Counted from the stretch's first letter, positions 49,514 to 60,971 are shown. The stretch: 64,000 nt of DNA from Gammaproteobacteria bacterium (GCA_965238175.1 CBDEGZ010000003.1:480001-544000); one strand, 5' to 3'. Notes: generated from the sequence alone by a model not told the origin. Numbers and translations: made by a program.

Positions 49514-49825
49514 CTACATTTGTACTAATTCAGAAACTTCCAGCGAACCATCGACATCAAGAAATGGGCACGCTTTTGCAATCGCCAGCGCAGCATCCAT
49601 AGAATCAGCTTTAATGATGGTATAACCAGACATTGTCGTTGAACCACCAGTAGTAACAGAGCCATCAGAATTTATCGTACTTGTATTTTTTAAAGGGTTC
49701 ATAGGGCTAACCGCAGCATCACCTAATGAGGCCAACCATCCCATATATTTCTGCATATGTTGTTTGCCTTCATCTGGACTAGAAGGAGGGTTTCCACCTA
49801 GATAAGTAATAATAAATTGAGTCAC
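49514..49825 (-). CDS. YciI/DGPF-like protein
   Basis: Small ORF with SGYTIIKADSMDAALAIAKACPFL..GSLEV. Confidence 0.75.
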   Translation of the reverse strand: MTQFIITYLGGNPPSSPDEGKQHMQKYMGWLASLGDAAVSPMNPLKNTSTINSDGSVTTGGSTTMSGYTIIKADSMDAALAIAKACPFLDVDGSLEVSELVQM

Positions 49826-50242
49826 TTGTTTCTCCTTTTCGTGGTGTCATCATATTATCGCCTAGAATTTTGTGGAATAACATCGTATGTTAGTAGCAGG
49901 ATTACTTAGATGAAAGAAAACAAAACTAAAACCCTAATCTCTATTCTTCTGGCGAGTGTCATGGTTTTCCTTTGGCAGGCAGATCAGTTTCCAGTAAACT
50001 AATCGGGATTTATTCAATGCTTGCACAATTGATCGGAATTTCCTTATTGGCTTTTGTACTTTTATATCCAATCAATTGGTTTTTAAGAGTAATTTTTGGC
50101 CCGATATTCCTTATATTGAAGTATTCCATCAACAAAATTTCATAATTTCTTCAGATTGGCCTGAATCTTGATGGATGTGATTACTGTAAACTGTTAGCAA
50201 TTTTCACAATATCGAACAATTTCAAGAACAATAAAACACTAA

Positions 50243-51661
50243 ATGTCTGTTAAAAAGCTAAATTACCTGCTTCCAATATCGATCAGTTTTTTGTTGATGG
50301 CCGGTTGTGTGAAAGATATTCTTGTCGAACAGGAAGTACCTATCGATCCCCCCGCAAACTGGCAGGCAAAAAGTCTGGTTGCTGATCTTGATCAACCACA
50401 AGCATGGTTGGAAGATCTTGATTCACCTGTTTTAGATCAGCTCGTCGCAGAATCACTATCAGGTAACCTTCCTCTTAAAGCCGCATTGGCCCGATGGCAG
50501 GCAGCGCAAGCGCAAAGTAACATTGCCGGCGCACCTTTAAAGCCGAGTGTAGAAGCAGGAGGCGATATTGCAAGGCGTCGCGCAAATCAAAATAGCAGTA
50601 ATGATTTTTCTTTTGATGTTAGTACCAGTTGGGAGGCAGATGTTTGGGGACGATTAGCAAATGTGGAACGTGCAGCAATTAATGATGAACAGGCATTTGA
50701 GGCAGATTACCGTGCCGCAAAATTATCGCTTGCTGCCGATGTTGCTCAACAATGGTTTGCCAGTATTGAAGCTCAGCAACAAGAAAAACTGGCGTTTAAA
50801 AATGCCGTGACCTTCAAGCAAAGTTTAGAGGTGATCGAAGAGCGTTATCGACGCGGATTAAATACTGCATTGGATGTGCATCTAGCACGGACAGATGTGG
50901 CAACCGCTGAGAGTGCGGTAACACAACGAACACGTGAGAAAGATGGGATTTTACGTCAGCTGGATATTCTGTTGGGACGCTATCCGGCGGCCGCGCTAGC
51001 AATTACTGATCAACTTCCCATATTGGCTAAAAAGGTTCCTGTTGGCATACCTGCCGAGATTTTGATCCGCCGCCCAGATTTACTTGCAGCGGAAAATCGT
51101 CTAAATGCAGCAGGAGAACGGTTAGAGGAAGCACGTAAAAATCGTTTGCCGACAATTCGATTGACGGGTAGTGCTGGTTTGAGAAGTGCTGAGCTAAATC
51201 AACTATTGGATTGGGATAATCTTGTTTGGAATCTGCTGGCGAGCATTACACAACCAATTTTTGAGGGTGGTAAACTTAATGCGGAGCAAGCTTTGGCCGA
51301 GGCTAGACACAGTGAACTTTGGGCAAATTATGCACAGGCTGTACTCGCCGCTTTTCAAGAGGTAGAAACGGCACTGGCCGCGGAAGATCGATATACGCGT
51401 GAACTGGAACAATTACAATTGGCTACGAGTGAAGCAGAGGAGGCAGCTGAACTTGCAGTATCACATTATCAAAATGGTCTGACTGATATCATTACATTAC
51501 TACAAGCACAACAACGTGCGTTCAACTCCGAGAGTACTTTATTACGCGTGCACCGGGAACAATTGGACAATCGAATTGCCTTATACTTGGCATTGGGAGG
51601 CGAATTTTCGCCAGCGCAGATAGAATCTGCGCGTAACGATGACGTACAAGAAATTAAATAA
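50243..51661 (+). CDS. Outer-membrane efflux factor lipoprotein (NodT/OprM family)
   Basis: Lipobox MAGC, WEADVWG, RRPDL, LYLALGG. Confidence 0.93.
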   Translation: MSVKKLNYLLPISISFLLMAGCVKDILVEQEVPIDPPANWQAKSLVADLDQPQAWLEDLDSPVLDQLVAESLSGNLPLKAALARWQAAQAQSNIAGAPLKPSVEAGGDIARRRANQNSSNDFSFDVSTSWEADVWGRLANVERAAINDEQAFEADYRAAKLSLAADVAQQWFASIEAQQQEKLAFKNAVTFKQSLEVIEERYRRGLNTALDVHLARTDVATAESAVTQRTREKDGILRQLDILLGRYPAAALAITDQLPILAKKVPVGIPAEILIRRPDLLAAENRLNAAGERLEEARKNRLPTIRLTGSAGLRSAELNQLLDWDNLVWNLLASITQPIFEGGKLNAEQALAEARHSELWANYAQAVLAAFQEVETALAAEDRYTRELEQLQLATSEAEEAAELAVSHYQNGLTDIITLLQAQQRAFNSESTLLRVHREQLDNRIALYLALGGEFSPAQIESARNDDVQEIK

Positions 51662-51690
51662 TTGAACATAATAGAGTTATCTAACTATTC

Positions 51691-52950
51691 ATGACAAAAA
51701 AAATCATCCATTTATTTATGACCTTAGCTGTTTTAGCAGTAGGCATTTATTTTGGAATGAATCTGATAAAAACCGCACCAGAAACTGAACGGCGGCCATC
51801 AAAAAAACTCATCCCTCTCGTCGATGTTATCGAGGCGCGACCACAATCATATTCTGTTCAATTATCTAGTCGTGGCACAGTTAGCCCACGAACGGAGAGC
51901 ACACTAACTTCTCAAGTTTCTGGTCGAGTTATTCGTATTAGTGATCACTTTCGTCCTGGCGGATTTTTCGAAGCTAATGAGGAGTTGTTGCAGATCGATC
52001 CCATCGACTATGAACTTGCCTTAACCTCAGCCAAGGCCGAAATACAGCAAATGCGATTGGCCCTGACGGAAGAAAAAGCGCAAGCAAAACAGGCCGAAAG
52101 TGACTGGAAGAAACTGGGCATGAAAGGCAAACCGGATGCATTAGTGATGCGTGAACCACAACTCGCAGAAGCTCGAGCAATGCTGGCTTCTGCTAATGCT
52201 AAAGTGAAACGAGCACAAATTGATCTAGAACGTTCACGAATTATTGCGCCTTATGCTGGACGGATAATGGAACAACATGTAGATATTGGACAATACGTTT
52301 CTTCGGGTACTACGCTCGCAAAAATCTATGCAACAGAATATGTTGAAGTGCGTTTACCCTTAACGGATAGGCAACTTGCCTATGTTGATTTACCAGAAAG
52401 TTATCGTGGTGAAGTAGCTACAAAAAAAGGACCAGAAGTTAAGCTATCAGCTGAACTTGGCAACAAAATATATAGTTGGAAAGGTAGAATCGTACGTACA
52501 GAAGGATCTATTGATACTCAAAGTCGGCAGTTGTTTGTTACTGCGCAGGTCGATGATCCATACGTCAGATCAAAAGAAGATCGCCCTCCACTTAAAATTG
52601 GACAATTTGTTCGGGCTCAAATTGTAGGAAAAACTTTAAATAATGTTTATGTGTTGCCACGTTCTGTTTTGTCAGGAACAGACGGAATTTTGATCGCAGT
52701 TGAAGATCAAGAAAACAAATATCACGTTCAATATCGATCATTAAAAATAGTTTGGCAAGATTCAGAGAATGTAGTGATCGGTTCTGGGCTTAGTGGGGGC
52801 GAGCTCGTTATTTCAACTTCAATGCCTTATGCAACAGATGGTGCGGAAATTCGAGTTGCTCCAAAACTGGCAAAAAAGAAACGTACTAAAGAAAAATTGG
52901 CGATGCAAAAGGTAAGCAACGACGATCACCAAGCCCCCATGGAACCATAA
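51691..52950 (+). CDS. RND efflux membrane fusion protein
   Basis: N-terminal TM, QVSGRV, coiled hairpin, IIAPYAG, LKIGQFV. Confidence 0.92.
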   Translation: MTKKIIHLFMTLAVLAVGIYFGMNLIKTAPETERRPSKKLIPLVDVIEARPQSYSVQLSSRGTVSPRTESTLTSQVSGRVIRISDHFRPGGFFEANEELLQIDPIDYELALTSAKAEIQQMRLALTEEKAQAKQAESDWKKLGMKGKPDALVMREPQLAEARAMLASANAKVKRAQIDLERSRIIAPYAGRIMEQHVDIGQYVSSGTTLAKIYATEYVEVRLPLTDRQLAYVDLPESYRGEVATKKGPEVKLSAELGNKIYSWKGRIVRTEGSIDTQSRQLFVTAQVDDPYVRSKEDRPPLKIGQFVRAQIVGKTLNNVYVLPRSVLSGTDGILIAVEDQENKYHVQYRSLKIVWQDSENVVIGSGLSGGELVISTSMPYATDGAEIRVAPKLAKKKRTKEKLAMQKVSNDDHQAPMEP

Positions 52951-52951
52951 A

Positions 52952-55900
52952 ATGCATGGCATGATTAGCTGGTTCGCACGTAATCAGGTAGCTGCAAACT
53001 TATTGATGGTTGCTATCTTGGCGTTAGGTGCTTGGTCATTATCGAGCCGAATTCCGTTAGAAGTTTTCCCTTCTTTCGAAAACGATATTGTCGATATTAC
53101 AATGAGCTACCGAGGCGCAACGCCGACTGAGGTAGAAGAAACCATCGTAATAAGAATTGAAGAAGCAATTGCGGATCTGGAAGGAATCAAAAAAATCACA
53201 TCATCGGCCAATGAAGGTGTTGGCCAGGTTATGGTTGAAATTGAAAGCAATCTTGAACCACGAGATATGCTCGATGACATCAAGAATCGTGTTGATACGA
53301 TTATTGGTTTTCCTACCGATGTTGAAAAACCTAATTACAAAGTTCAATCACATCTTCGAGAAGTCATCAGCGTTGCCGTTGTTGCAGATCTGCCTGAAAA
53401 AAACCTTCGTAAGCTGGGTGAACAGGTTAGAGATGATATTGCCGCTTTACCAGAAATTTCTTTAGCCGATTTACAAGGTATTCGTGCCTATGAGATGGCG
53501 ATTGAAGTGAGTGAAAATACGCTTGATCGTTATGGCTTAACGTTTGATCAAGTCCTAAAAGCGGTGCAACGTAGTTCACTTGATCAACCTGCTGGTTCAA
53601 TTAAAACAAACGCTGGCGAAATTCTATTACGTACAAAAGGGCAAGCCTACAACGCGGAAGATTTTGCGCAAATTAGCGTCATTAATCGGCAAGATGGTAC
53701 GCGTCTAACGTTGGGAGAAATCGCAACTATCCGAGATGGTTTCGAAGAAGAAACAAAATATACAATCTTCAATGGTCAACCAGCAGTCATGGTCGAAGTC
53801 TTTCGAACCGGTCAGCAAAATGCGATCGAGATCGCAGCAGCAGTGCGTGATTATGTACTGGAAAAAAATGATCAGCTTCCCGAGGGTGTCACACTGCACT
53901 ATTGGCGAGATCGTTCGCAAGTCGTTAAACAACGTTTACAAACCCTGACTAAAAGTGCCTGGCAGGGAGGTCTGTTGGTTTTTTTGTGTTTGACACTTTT
54001 CTTACGTTTCTCGGTTGCTGTTTGGGTTTGTGTGGGCATCCCGATCAGTTTTATGGGCGCATTAGCGATCATGCCGGAAATGGGTATGACATTAAATTTG
54101 ATCAGTTTGTTTGCATTTATTTTAGTGTTGGGGATCGTTGTCGATGACGCGATAATTACTGGCGAGAATATATATTCGCATATAAAAAAAGGTGACCAAA
54201 AAGGACTTGAAGCTGCTATTACTGGCGCGCAAGAAGTCTCTGTCCCAGTAACATTTGGTTTGTTAACGACCTTGGCCGCTTTTTCTCCGCTGCTTATGAT
54301 TGAAGGTGTTCGAGGCGCAATTTTTGCTCAGATCCCAATGATTGTGATCCCTGTTTTATTATTTTCATGGGTAGAGTCAAAATTGATCTTGCCTGCACAT
54401 CTTAGCCATACTCGGATTAAGACTCCTGAAGAAACAAGTTTATTGACACGTCTACAAGAAGTGTTCGCGGATGGTTTGGAACGATTAATGAAGTTTTTTT
54501 ACCAACCATTGCTGAGCTTAACCTTAAGTTATCGCTATCTCACTTTTGCTATTTTTATTGCAGTGTCTTTTGTAATTTTGAGTTTTGTAATAAGTGGCCG
54601 TTACGGCTTTACATTTTTCCCAAAAGTACAGAGCGAAATAGTTCGCGCGACACTTAGAATGCAGGTTGGAACCAGTGAAGAAGTTACGAAAAAGTATGTG
54701 GAGAAAATGAATTCCACCGCAGAAATCCTGCAACAAAAATATACCGATGAGGAAACTGACGATTCAGCGATCAAAAACATCATGACCAGTATTGGCTGGA
54801 CTTCATGGGGAAATCACAGTGGTGGAATAACGAGAGGAAATCCAGAATTAGGGCAAGTAAGTCTGGAGTTAACACCACCAGAAGAACGTACGGTATCACT
54901 CTCGACATTTGAATTTGTTGAAGAATGGCGTAAGGCGATTGGGCCTATTCCTGGCGTTAAAGAACTAAATTTGCGCGCAGAACTAGCCCGTGGTGGATCG
55001 CCTATTGATGTTCAATTGACCGGTGATGATTTCACTGTTCTTAAGAAAGTAATTATGGAAATTCGAGAACGGCTAAGAGAGTATCCGGGTGTCTTCGATA
55101 TTCAAGATTCACTTGAAGATGGCAAAACTGAAATAGAGCTGGCAATTCGACCAGAAGCTGAGTTACTCGCTATTTCATCTTCCGATTTAGGCCGCCAAGT
55201 TCGTTATGCATTTTTTGGTGCTGAAGCGCAGCGTATCCAACGTGGTCGTGATGATGTGCGGGTGATGATTAAATATCCACGCGAGGAGCGCCGTTCTATT
55301 GGTGATCTGGATAAGATGCGGATCAGAACAATTGATGGACAACAAATTCCTATTGGTAATGTGACTGAAATAAAACCAAGGTTAGGGTTTTCTACCATCA
55401 GCCGTGTTGATCGGCACCGCGCGGTAAATGTAACAGCCGACATTGATAAAGAGACGGTCGATCTCAATAAAATAACTGTAGATCTAACAACATTATTAGA
55501 AGAAATTCGACTACGCTATCCTGAGGTTCGGTACACACTTGAAGGCGAGCAACGTGAACAGCGTGAATCTTTTGGAAGTCTTTATTACGGTGGATTATTT
55601 GTTCTTTTCTTTGTCTATGCCCTTTTAGCCATTCCATTGAAATCTTATCTGCAACCGATGGTAGTAATGATTGTGATCCCGTTTAGTCTGGTGGGTGCGA
55701 TTCTCGGACATATGCTACTTGGTATGAGTTTAAGCATCATGAGTGCGATGGGGATACTGGCATTAGCTGGCGTAGTTGTAAACGATTCGCTAGTACTCGT
55801 CGACTGGATAAATCGTCGCAAGGCTGAAGGCGTTAAAATAACCGAGGCCGTAAAAATGGCTGGCAGTGCACGCTTTCGACCAATTTTATTAACCTCTTTG

Positions 55901-56119
55901 ACGACTTTTGCAGGACTTGCTCCCTTGATTTGGGAAAAAAGTACCCAAGCACAATTTTTGATCCCAATGGCGGTATCACTCGGTTTTGGGATTCTCTATG
56001 CAACCTTACTCAGTTTGATTCTTGTGCCGACGGCTTATTTGATCTTGAATGATCTGAAAACACTATTTAGTCGTTCCGATAAAAAGTCTAATGCAGATCT
56101 TGCTCAATTGACTGAATAA
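52952..56119 (+). CDS. RND efflux transporter permease (AcrB-like superfamily)
   Basis: 1055 aa with 12-TM layout; GIVVDDAII, VVVND, RFRPILLT. Confidence 0.95.
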   Translation: MHGMISWFARNQVAANLLMVAILALGAWSLSSRIPLEVFPSFENDIVDITMSYRGATPTEVEETIVIRIEEAIADLEGIKKITSSANEGVGQVMVEIESNLEPRDMLDDIKNRVDTIIGFPTDVEKPNYKVQSHLREVISVAVVADLPEKNLRKLGEQVRDDIAALPEISLADLQGIRAYEMAIEVSENTLDRYGLTFDQVLKAVQRSSLDQPAGSIKTNAGEILLRTKGQAYNAEDFAQISVINRQDGTRLTLGEIATIRDGFEEETKYTIFNGQPAVMVEVFRTGQQNAIEIAAAVRDYVLEKNDQLPEGVTLHYWRDRSQVVKQRLQTLTKSAWQGGLLVFLCLTLFLRFSVAVWVCVGIPISFMGALAIMPEMGMTLNLISLFAFILVLGIVVDDAIITGENIYSHIKKGDQKGLEAAITGAQEVSVPVTFGLLTTLAAFSPLLMIEGVRGAIFAQIPMIVIPVLLFSWVESKLILPAHLSHTRIKTPEETSLLTRLQEVFADGLERLMKFFYQPLLSLTLSYRYLTFAIFIAVSFVILSFVISGRYGFTFFPKVQSEIVRATLRMQVGTSEEVTKKYVEKMNSTAEILQQKYTDEETDDSAIKNIMTSIGWTSWGNHSGGITRGNPELGQVSLELTPPEERTVSLSTFEFVEEWRKAIGPIPGVKELNLRAELARGGSPIDVQLTGDDFTVLKKVIMEIRERLREYPGVFDIQDSLEDGKTEIELAIRPEAELLAISSSDLGRQVRYAFFGAEAQRIQRGRDDVRVMIKYPREERRSIGDLDKMRIRTIDGQQIPIGNVTEIKPRLGFSTISRVDRHRAVNVTADIDKETVDLNKITVDLTTLLEEIRLRYPEVRYTLEGEQREQRESFGSLYYGGLFVLFFVYALLAIPLKSYLQPMVVMIVIPFSLVGAILGHMLLGMSLSIMSAMGILALAGVVVNDSLVLVDWINRRKAEGVKITEAVKMAGSARFRPILLTSLTTFAGLAPLIWEKSTQAQFLIPMAVSLGFGILYATLLSLILVPTAYLILNDLKTLFSRSDKKSNADLAQLTE

Positions 56120-56145
56120 GAATGAGCTTTAATTTTTAAGCGATA

Positions 56146-56748
56146 TCATTTCAGTGGATTAGACGCCTGACGGATCCCCTCTATGGAGAACTCCAGAAAC
56201 AATTCTTCAGAATGAGGACCAAGTTTGGCCATACCTTTTAGATCGAATTCTGCAGGTTTAATACTGGTTGTGCCATAGAAGCCACGGCGATATCCACCCC
56301 ATGGGTCGCCGCCGTGTCCCATATGTTCTACATCAATGGAGATGTTTTTTGTGACACCGTGCAATGTGAAATCGCCTTTCAAAATTGCTTTTCCATCTCC
56401 GAGTTCTTCAAAAGAAGTCGATTTGAAGGAGGCTTTCGGATAATTTTCTACGTCCAGAAAGTCTTCGCCACGCAGGTGTTTGTCACGCTTGGCATGGTTA
56501 GAATCTAAACTCGCAACATCAATATCAATGTCTATTTTTGCTGCCGAAGGGTTATCTTCGCTATAACTAAAATTACCTGTGAATTGGTTAAACTGGCCAT
56601 ATAGCCAACTGAAGCCAAGATGCTTGATTTTAAACTGGATGAAGGCATGAGTTCCTTCAGTATCAACCACATATTCATCAGCTTGAGCTACATTCATAAC
56701 CGATAAATTCATTAGTCCAGCCAATAAAACGATCATTATTGTACGCAT
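56146..56748 (-). CDS. yceI: YceI-family periplasmic protein
   Basis: Signal peptide, FKIKHLGFS, RDKHLR..DFL, LHGVTK, DPWG. Confidence 0.92.
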   Translation of the reverse strand: MRTIMIVLLAGLMNLSVMNVAQADEYVVDTEGTHAFIQFKIKHLGFSWLYGQFNQFTGNFSYSEDNPSAAKIDIDIDVASLDSNHAKRDKHLRGEDFLDVENYPKASFKSTSFEELGDGKAILKGDFTLHGVTKNISIDVEHMGHGGDPWGGYRRGFYGTTSIKPAEFDLKGMAKLGPHSEELFLEFSIEGIRQASNPLK

Positions 56749-56780
56749 AATTCTCCCCTATGATTTTTGTGAATAAAGCA

Positions 56781-57335
56781 TTATAGACCCAGCATACGTT
56801 TTAGAGTTCGGTCTTTATCTATAAAGTGGTGTTTTAACGCAGCAAGTGCATGAAGGCTTGCGAAGATTATTAATGCCCATGCGAGAAATAAATGAATTTC
56901 ACCAGCAAGATCTTCCTGATTACCCAAACTGTTCAGATTTGTGACACTTGCAGGAATATTAAAAAGATCAAATACTACTAAAGGATCACCTTTTGCGGTG
57001 ACGATCAAATAACCGCTGATCGAAATCACGAAAAGTAGAACATTAAGTAAGCCCTGAACTATTCGAGAAGCTATTTTTTCCCAGCCTTTATGAGTCAATA
57101 AATGATCCGGTGGAGAACTGATGTAGCTCCAAAGAATTCGTATGATCAAAATTAAGAAAAGTAAGACGCCGATACCTTCATGTAGCCAAGGTGCTTTTTG
57201 ATACCAGGCATCGTAATAGCCAAGCTCAGTCATCCAAAGACCAAGACTAAACAAACCTATAGCACCCAATGCAATTAGCCAGTGTAAAAAGATAGCAAAA
57301 AAACCGTAGTTCTGTTTAAGATATCGTATACTCAT
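56781..57335 (-). CDS. Cytochrome b561 (YceJ-like)
   Basis: Four TMs with His ligands LHW, LHEGIG, IH, LHALAALKHH; upstream of yceI. Confidence 0.9.
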   Translation of the reverse strand: MSIRYLKQNYGFFAIFLHWLIALGAIGLFSLGLWMTELGYYDAWYQKAPWLHEGIGVLLFLILIIRILWSYISSPPDHLLTHKGWEKIASRIVQGLLNVLLFVISISGYLIVTAKGDPLVVFDLFNIPASVTNLNSLGNQEDLAGEIHLFLAWALIIFASLHALAALKHHFIDKDRTLKRMLGL

Positions 57336-57342
57336 TTCATGA

Positions 57343-58950
57343 CTAGGCTAGCTGATAACGTTTATCAAATGGAATGATAATGCCTTCTTTATCAAACGCT
57401 TCTTTCATCCGCATTCTTAAGTCGCGTTCGACTTCTTCATGACAGCCTGGATTAACTTTGGTTACAGTTCTGATCAAAAGTTCCGGGCCATTAAAATCTT
57501 CGAGGCCATCAATTCGAGTTTGTTCCAAAATATCGGTATTTGCTTCTTGTATCTGTTCACCAATTTCACTCAAAACCTTATACACTTTTTGAATGTCAGA
57601 TTCGTGATCAACACCGACGGTAACAACCGCATTTGAGAAGCTTCGAGAATAGGAAACAACATCGCTCATATCGCCATTTCTGAGAATGAAAAGTTGACCA
57701 TCTCGACCTCGTATTTTTGTTGTTCTTAGGCCAATTGACTCGACTGTACCAACAGTTTCCTGCACTTCGATGTAGTCTCCAACACGTAATGTATTTTCAA
57801 AAATAATAAAGAATCCGGAAATAATATCATTGACTAATGATTGTGCTCCCAAGCCAATAACCATACCTAATATGCCAGCACCAGCAAGTAATGGGATAGG
57901 ATCAAAACCGAGTCCACGCAAGATCAAAACAAAGACGATAAAATAAATTAGCCAGGCAAGAACACTTTTAAAAAGTGGGAAAATGGTTGCATTGCGTTGT
58001 TGTACTTCTTCAGATTCCGTCTCGTCAGAAGAGACTCTATCGATCAATAAATTAACAATCTCAATCACGACACGAGCGATAAAGAATAGTCCAATACCTT
58101 GAATAATTCCTGGCCCGTATTCCGCTAAATGTGAAATGAAACTAAGCTGCGATAGAACCATTGTTGCAACGACTGCGTAGAGAATATATTCGAGAGTCTT
58201 TCTGAGTAATGGGATTAAATGCCGCAAGTTTTTATAAAAATGTAGCTGATTATTTGATTCGGCATAGCGTCTGCTCATGCCATCAAAGGTATCAACAATC
58301 ACTGACATTACGTTCACAAGTAGTAAACCAACGGAGATGATTAAATAAACTTTCAGCGCGATCAGGATATATGAACCAATGATAGGTGGCATGCCAAACA
58401 ATAAATTAGCTGCGTAGAGCACGAGCAACCAGACGACGACTTTTTGGATAGAATTTAATCGGTTAAAAAAGAATGCAACGCTGTCGTCATTGTCATCAAT
58501 TTGATCAAAATTAACTGCCTTGTCGGAAATAAAGTTGATCCCACGATCATTAAAACGAATAAAATATCGGGCGGCAACAATAAGACCGATCACTTTTGCT
58601 ATGCTAATAGCCAGGCCTTTCCAGAAACCGGGTGGAATTTGTTGAATCAGATCGAAAGTGTATGTTTTGAGGTCATTTCCCTGATACCACTGATAGCCGT
58701 TAAAACCAATAATGGCCAGTATTCCGATAAATAATAAAAATCTGAGGATTAGTCTGAAAAGTTTACAAAAGCCTGTAATTCTTTTTTCATGTTGTACAAG
58801 CGAAGATGAGGATTGGGCTCTATTTTGAATGAAACGGATCCCCATGCTTAAAATAAAATACATTATGATCAGCGCAATTATTTCTATTCCAACGACGGCA
58901 GCGTTTTGTAATTGCACATTTCCCAGATCAATATCTTTTAACCAATCCAT
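57343..58950 (-). CDS. MscS-family mechanosensitive channel with extended N-terminal TM region
   Basis: LAGAGILG..IGLGAQSLVNDIISGF, VGDYI, GLRTT. Confidence 0.92.
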   Translation of the reverse strand: MDWLKDIDLGNVQLQNAAVVGIEIIALIIMYFILSMGIRFIQNRAQSSSSLVQHEKRITGFCKLFRLILRFLLFIGILAIIGFNGYQWYQGNDLKTYTFDLIQQIPPGFWKGLAISIAKVIGLIVAARYFIRFNDRGINFISDKAVNFDQIDDNDDSVAFFFNRLNSIQKVVVWLLVLYAANLLFGMPPIIGSYILIALKVYLIISVGLLLVNVMSVIVDTFDGMSRRYAESNNQLHFYKNLRHLIPLLRKTLEYILYAVVATMVLSQLSFISHLAEYGPGIIQGIGLFFIARVVIEIVNLLIDRVSSDETESEEVQQRNATIFPLFKSVLAWLIYFIVFVLILRGLGFDPIPLLAGAGILGMVIGLGAQSLVNDIISGFFIIFENTLRVGDYIEVQETVGTVESIGLRTTKIRGRDGQLFILRNGDMSDVVSYSRSFSNAVVTVGVDHESDIQKVYKVLSEIGEQIQEANTDILEQTRIDGLEDFNGPELLIRTVTKVNPGCHEEVERDLRMRMKEAFDKEGIIIPFDKRYQLA

Positions 58951-59029
58951 AACTCAGTAGCACTCTAACTGACAAATATTTGACAAATGTATCATGGATC
59001 ACCATCAAAGTTTAAAATATGGAAATTCC

Positions 59030-59043
59030 TTGACTGTGATCAA
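59030..59043. promoter_or_regulatory. Possible FNR/ANR-type box between divergent mscS and peptidase genes
   Basis: TTGAC-TGTG-ATCAA (9/10 to TTGAT-N4-ATCAA) within the palindrome CCTTGA-N6-TCAAGG. Confidence 0.4.
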
Positions 59044-59105
59044 GGCCTTAATTAACCTGAACAATATTATCAATACATTAGTAAGTACTTCAAAGAGGGA
59101 AGGTT

Positions 59106-59939
59106 ATGCGCTGGAAAAACAGAAGACAAAGTTCAAATGTGGAAGATCGCCGTGGGCAAGGCCGTGGTAAAGGGGTAGCGATTGGCGGTGGCGGCATTGT
59201 GATGGCATTGGTTGCAATTTTCTTACTTGGACAAGATCCAGCGGAAGTATTACAAGATATGACACAGCAGCCACAGCAAACACAAGGACCGTATCAAGCA
59301 AGTGAACAAGAACAACATGTGGCTAACTTTGTCAGTGTTGTACTCGCTGATACTGAAGATACCTGGACGAAAATTTTCCAACAAGCAGGTTATCAATATA
59401 AACCACCAAAGCTGGTTCTGTATTCAGATATGACACCAACCGCCTGTGGAACGGGCCAAGCCGCATCAGGACCTTTTTATTGCCCAGGTGATCAAAAAGT
59501 TTATCTTGATCTAAGTTTTTTAAATGAATTGCAAAAAATGGGTGCAAAAGGTGATTTCTCCGTCGCCTATGTTTTAGCCCATGAAGTAGGTCATCATATA
59601 CAAACCATCACCGGAACTTCAGCCAAAGTAAGACAAGCACAACAACGTGCTTCTAAGGTTGAAGCTAATGGAATACAAGTTCGAATGGAACTACAGGCAG
59701 ATTGTCTCGCAGGTGTTTGGGCAAACCACACGCAACAGCGAACTCAGTTCCTGGAACGTGGTGATGTTGAAGAAGCTATGAGTGCAGCTGCAGCTGTGGG
59801 TGATGATCAGATTATGCGTAAGGCAGGTAGAACCCCTCGCAAAGAAGCATTTACTCACGGCTCATCCAAACAAAGAATGGAATGGTTTAATCGCGGCATT
59901 GAGTCGGGCGATCTGAGTGCTTGTGATACGGGGATTTGA
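59106..59939 (+). CDS. Neutral zinc metallopeptidase (YpfJ family)
   Basis: SSNVEDRR, GPFYCP, AHEVGHHIQ, ELQADC, FTHGS. Confidence 0.92.
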   Translation: MRWKNRRQSSNVEDRRGQGRGKGVAIGGGGIVMALVAIFLLGQDPAEVLQDMTQQPQQTQGPYQASEQEQHVANFVSVVLADTEDTWTKIFQQAGYQYKPPKLVLYSDMTPTACGTGQAASGPFYCPGDQKVYLDLSFLNELQKMGAKGDFSVAYVLAHEVGHHIQTITGTSAKVRQAQQRASKVEANGIQVRMELQADCLAGVWANHTQQRTQFLERGDVEEAMSAAAAVGDDQIMRKAGRTPRKEAFTHGSSKQRMEWFNRGIESGDLSACDTGI

Positions 59940-59959
59940 TGTACTGAAATAATAGAATT

Positions 59960-60480
59960 ATTGATTCTCTAATAATTGTATTATTTGTTTAGTCGCGATG
60001 TACTCCCTGAATAGATACACTTTAAGATCAAGTACATTATTGAAATGCTGGGTAGCAAGCTCATTATCCTTGTTTAGCCAGTATTTATAAGCGATATTGA
60101 ATTTGGCTTCAGTTTTTTCACATGAATTTTCTGCGTTCCCTAGTAGAATATTTTCGCTAATTTTATTTAAGCGATAACTTCGTAAATTCTTTTCTCACTC
60201 ATTGAGTTCGAGTGAATCAGTTTTTGATAAAAAAACTTGTTGCTTGCTTCAGTCCCCATTCTCCATGAGATTATGTAGCTGTAGTATAGATAATCATAGA
60301 GTACAGGTTTCTTTTTGTTTTCTATCAATTTTTTCCAATAGATATCAGCTTTTTCCCATTTTCCGGTATTAGATTGTATAGGTAATTCCTATTGACACAA
60401 TATTACAAGCCAACGTAGTAGAGTACTCATGTGGAACATTTGTCGGCGGTTTATCAAAAGACTGAATAAGATGATTTAAG
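59960..60480 (-). pseudogene. Decayed TPR protein (NlpI-like C-terminus)
   Basis: Fragments GKWEKADIYWKK...YLYYSYI and CEKTEAKFNIAYKYW...QHFNNVLDLKVYLFREY separated by stops and frameshifts. Confidence 0.45.
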
Positions 60481-60525
60481 TAATGGAGAGATATTTTTTG
60501 AATAAAAATTTATGATCAATCTAGA

Positions 60526-60951
60526 TTATTCTGGAGATGTAAATTTTGCGAATAGTTCTTTACCCGTCAGGTTTTCAGTATCATTTGAAAAACAATAGTA
60601 TTCAGGCTTTTCTTCGATAAAAACTTGCAGATCAAAATTAAGATTTTTTTGATCTTCAAATAATCCTACAGGTATCCAGTGCTGTTTAGTTTCTTTTAAG
60701 CGATAAAAAAGGTGACTACCGCATTGTTTGCAAAAACCGCGCTCGGCCCATTCTGAAGAATTAAATACCGCAATATTTTCTTCACTTTCAAATGAAACTT
60801 CGGTTCCGCATCCAACAGACATGAAAGCGCTTCCACCCCATTTCCGACAGGTGTCACAATGACAAGCGCCTATACTTCCGCCCATATTTTCAACACTGAA
60901 CTTTGTTGTGCCACAAAGGCATGTTCCATTTCGATTTATTTTTTCAGTCAT
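60526..60951 (-). CDS. GFA/CENP-V family zinc protein
   Basis: GTCLCG, CHCDTCRK, RGFCKQCGS. Confidence 0.92.
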   Translation of the reverse strand: MTEKINRNGTCLCGTTKFSVENMGGSIGACHCDTCRKWGGSAFMSVGCGTEVSFESEENIAVFNSSEWAERGFCKQCGSHLFYRLKETKQHWIPVGLFEDQKNLNFDLQVFIEEKPEYYCFSNDTENLTGKELFAKFTSPE

Positions 60952-60971
60952 CTTTTTATCTTCCTCTTGTT

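Noticed and set aside
49910-50150. Small hydrophobic ORF fragments
   Set aside because: Broken frames and no family assignment possible.
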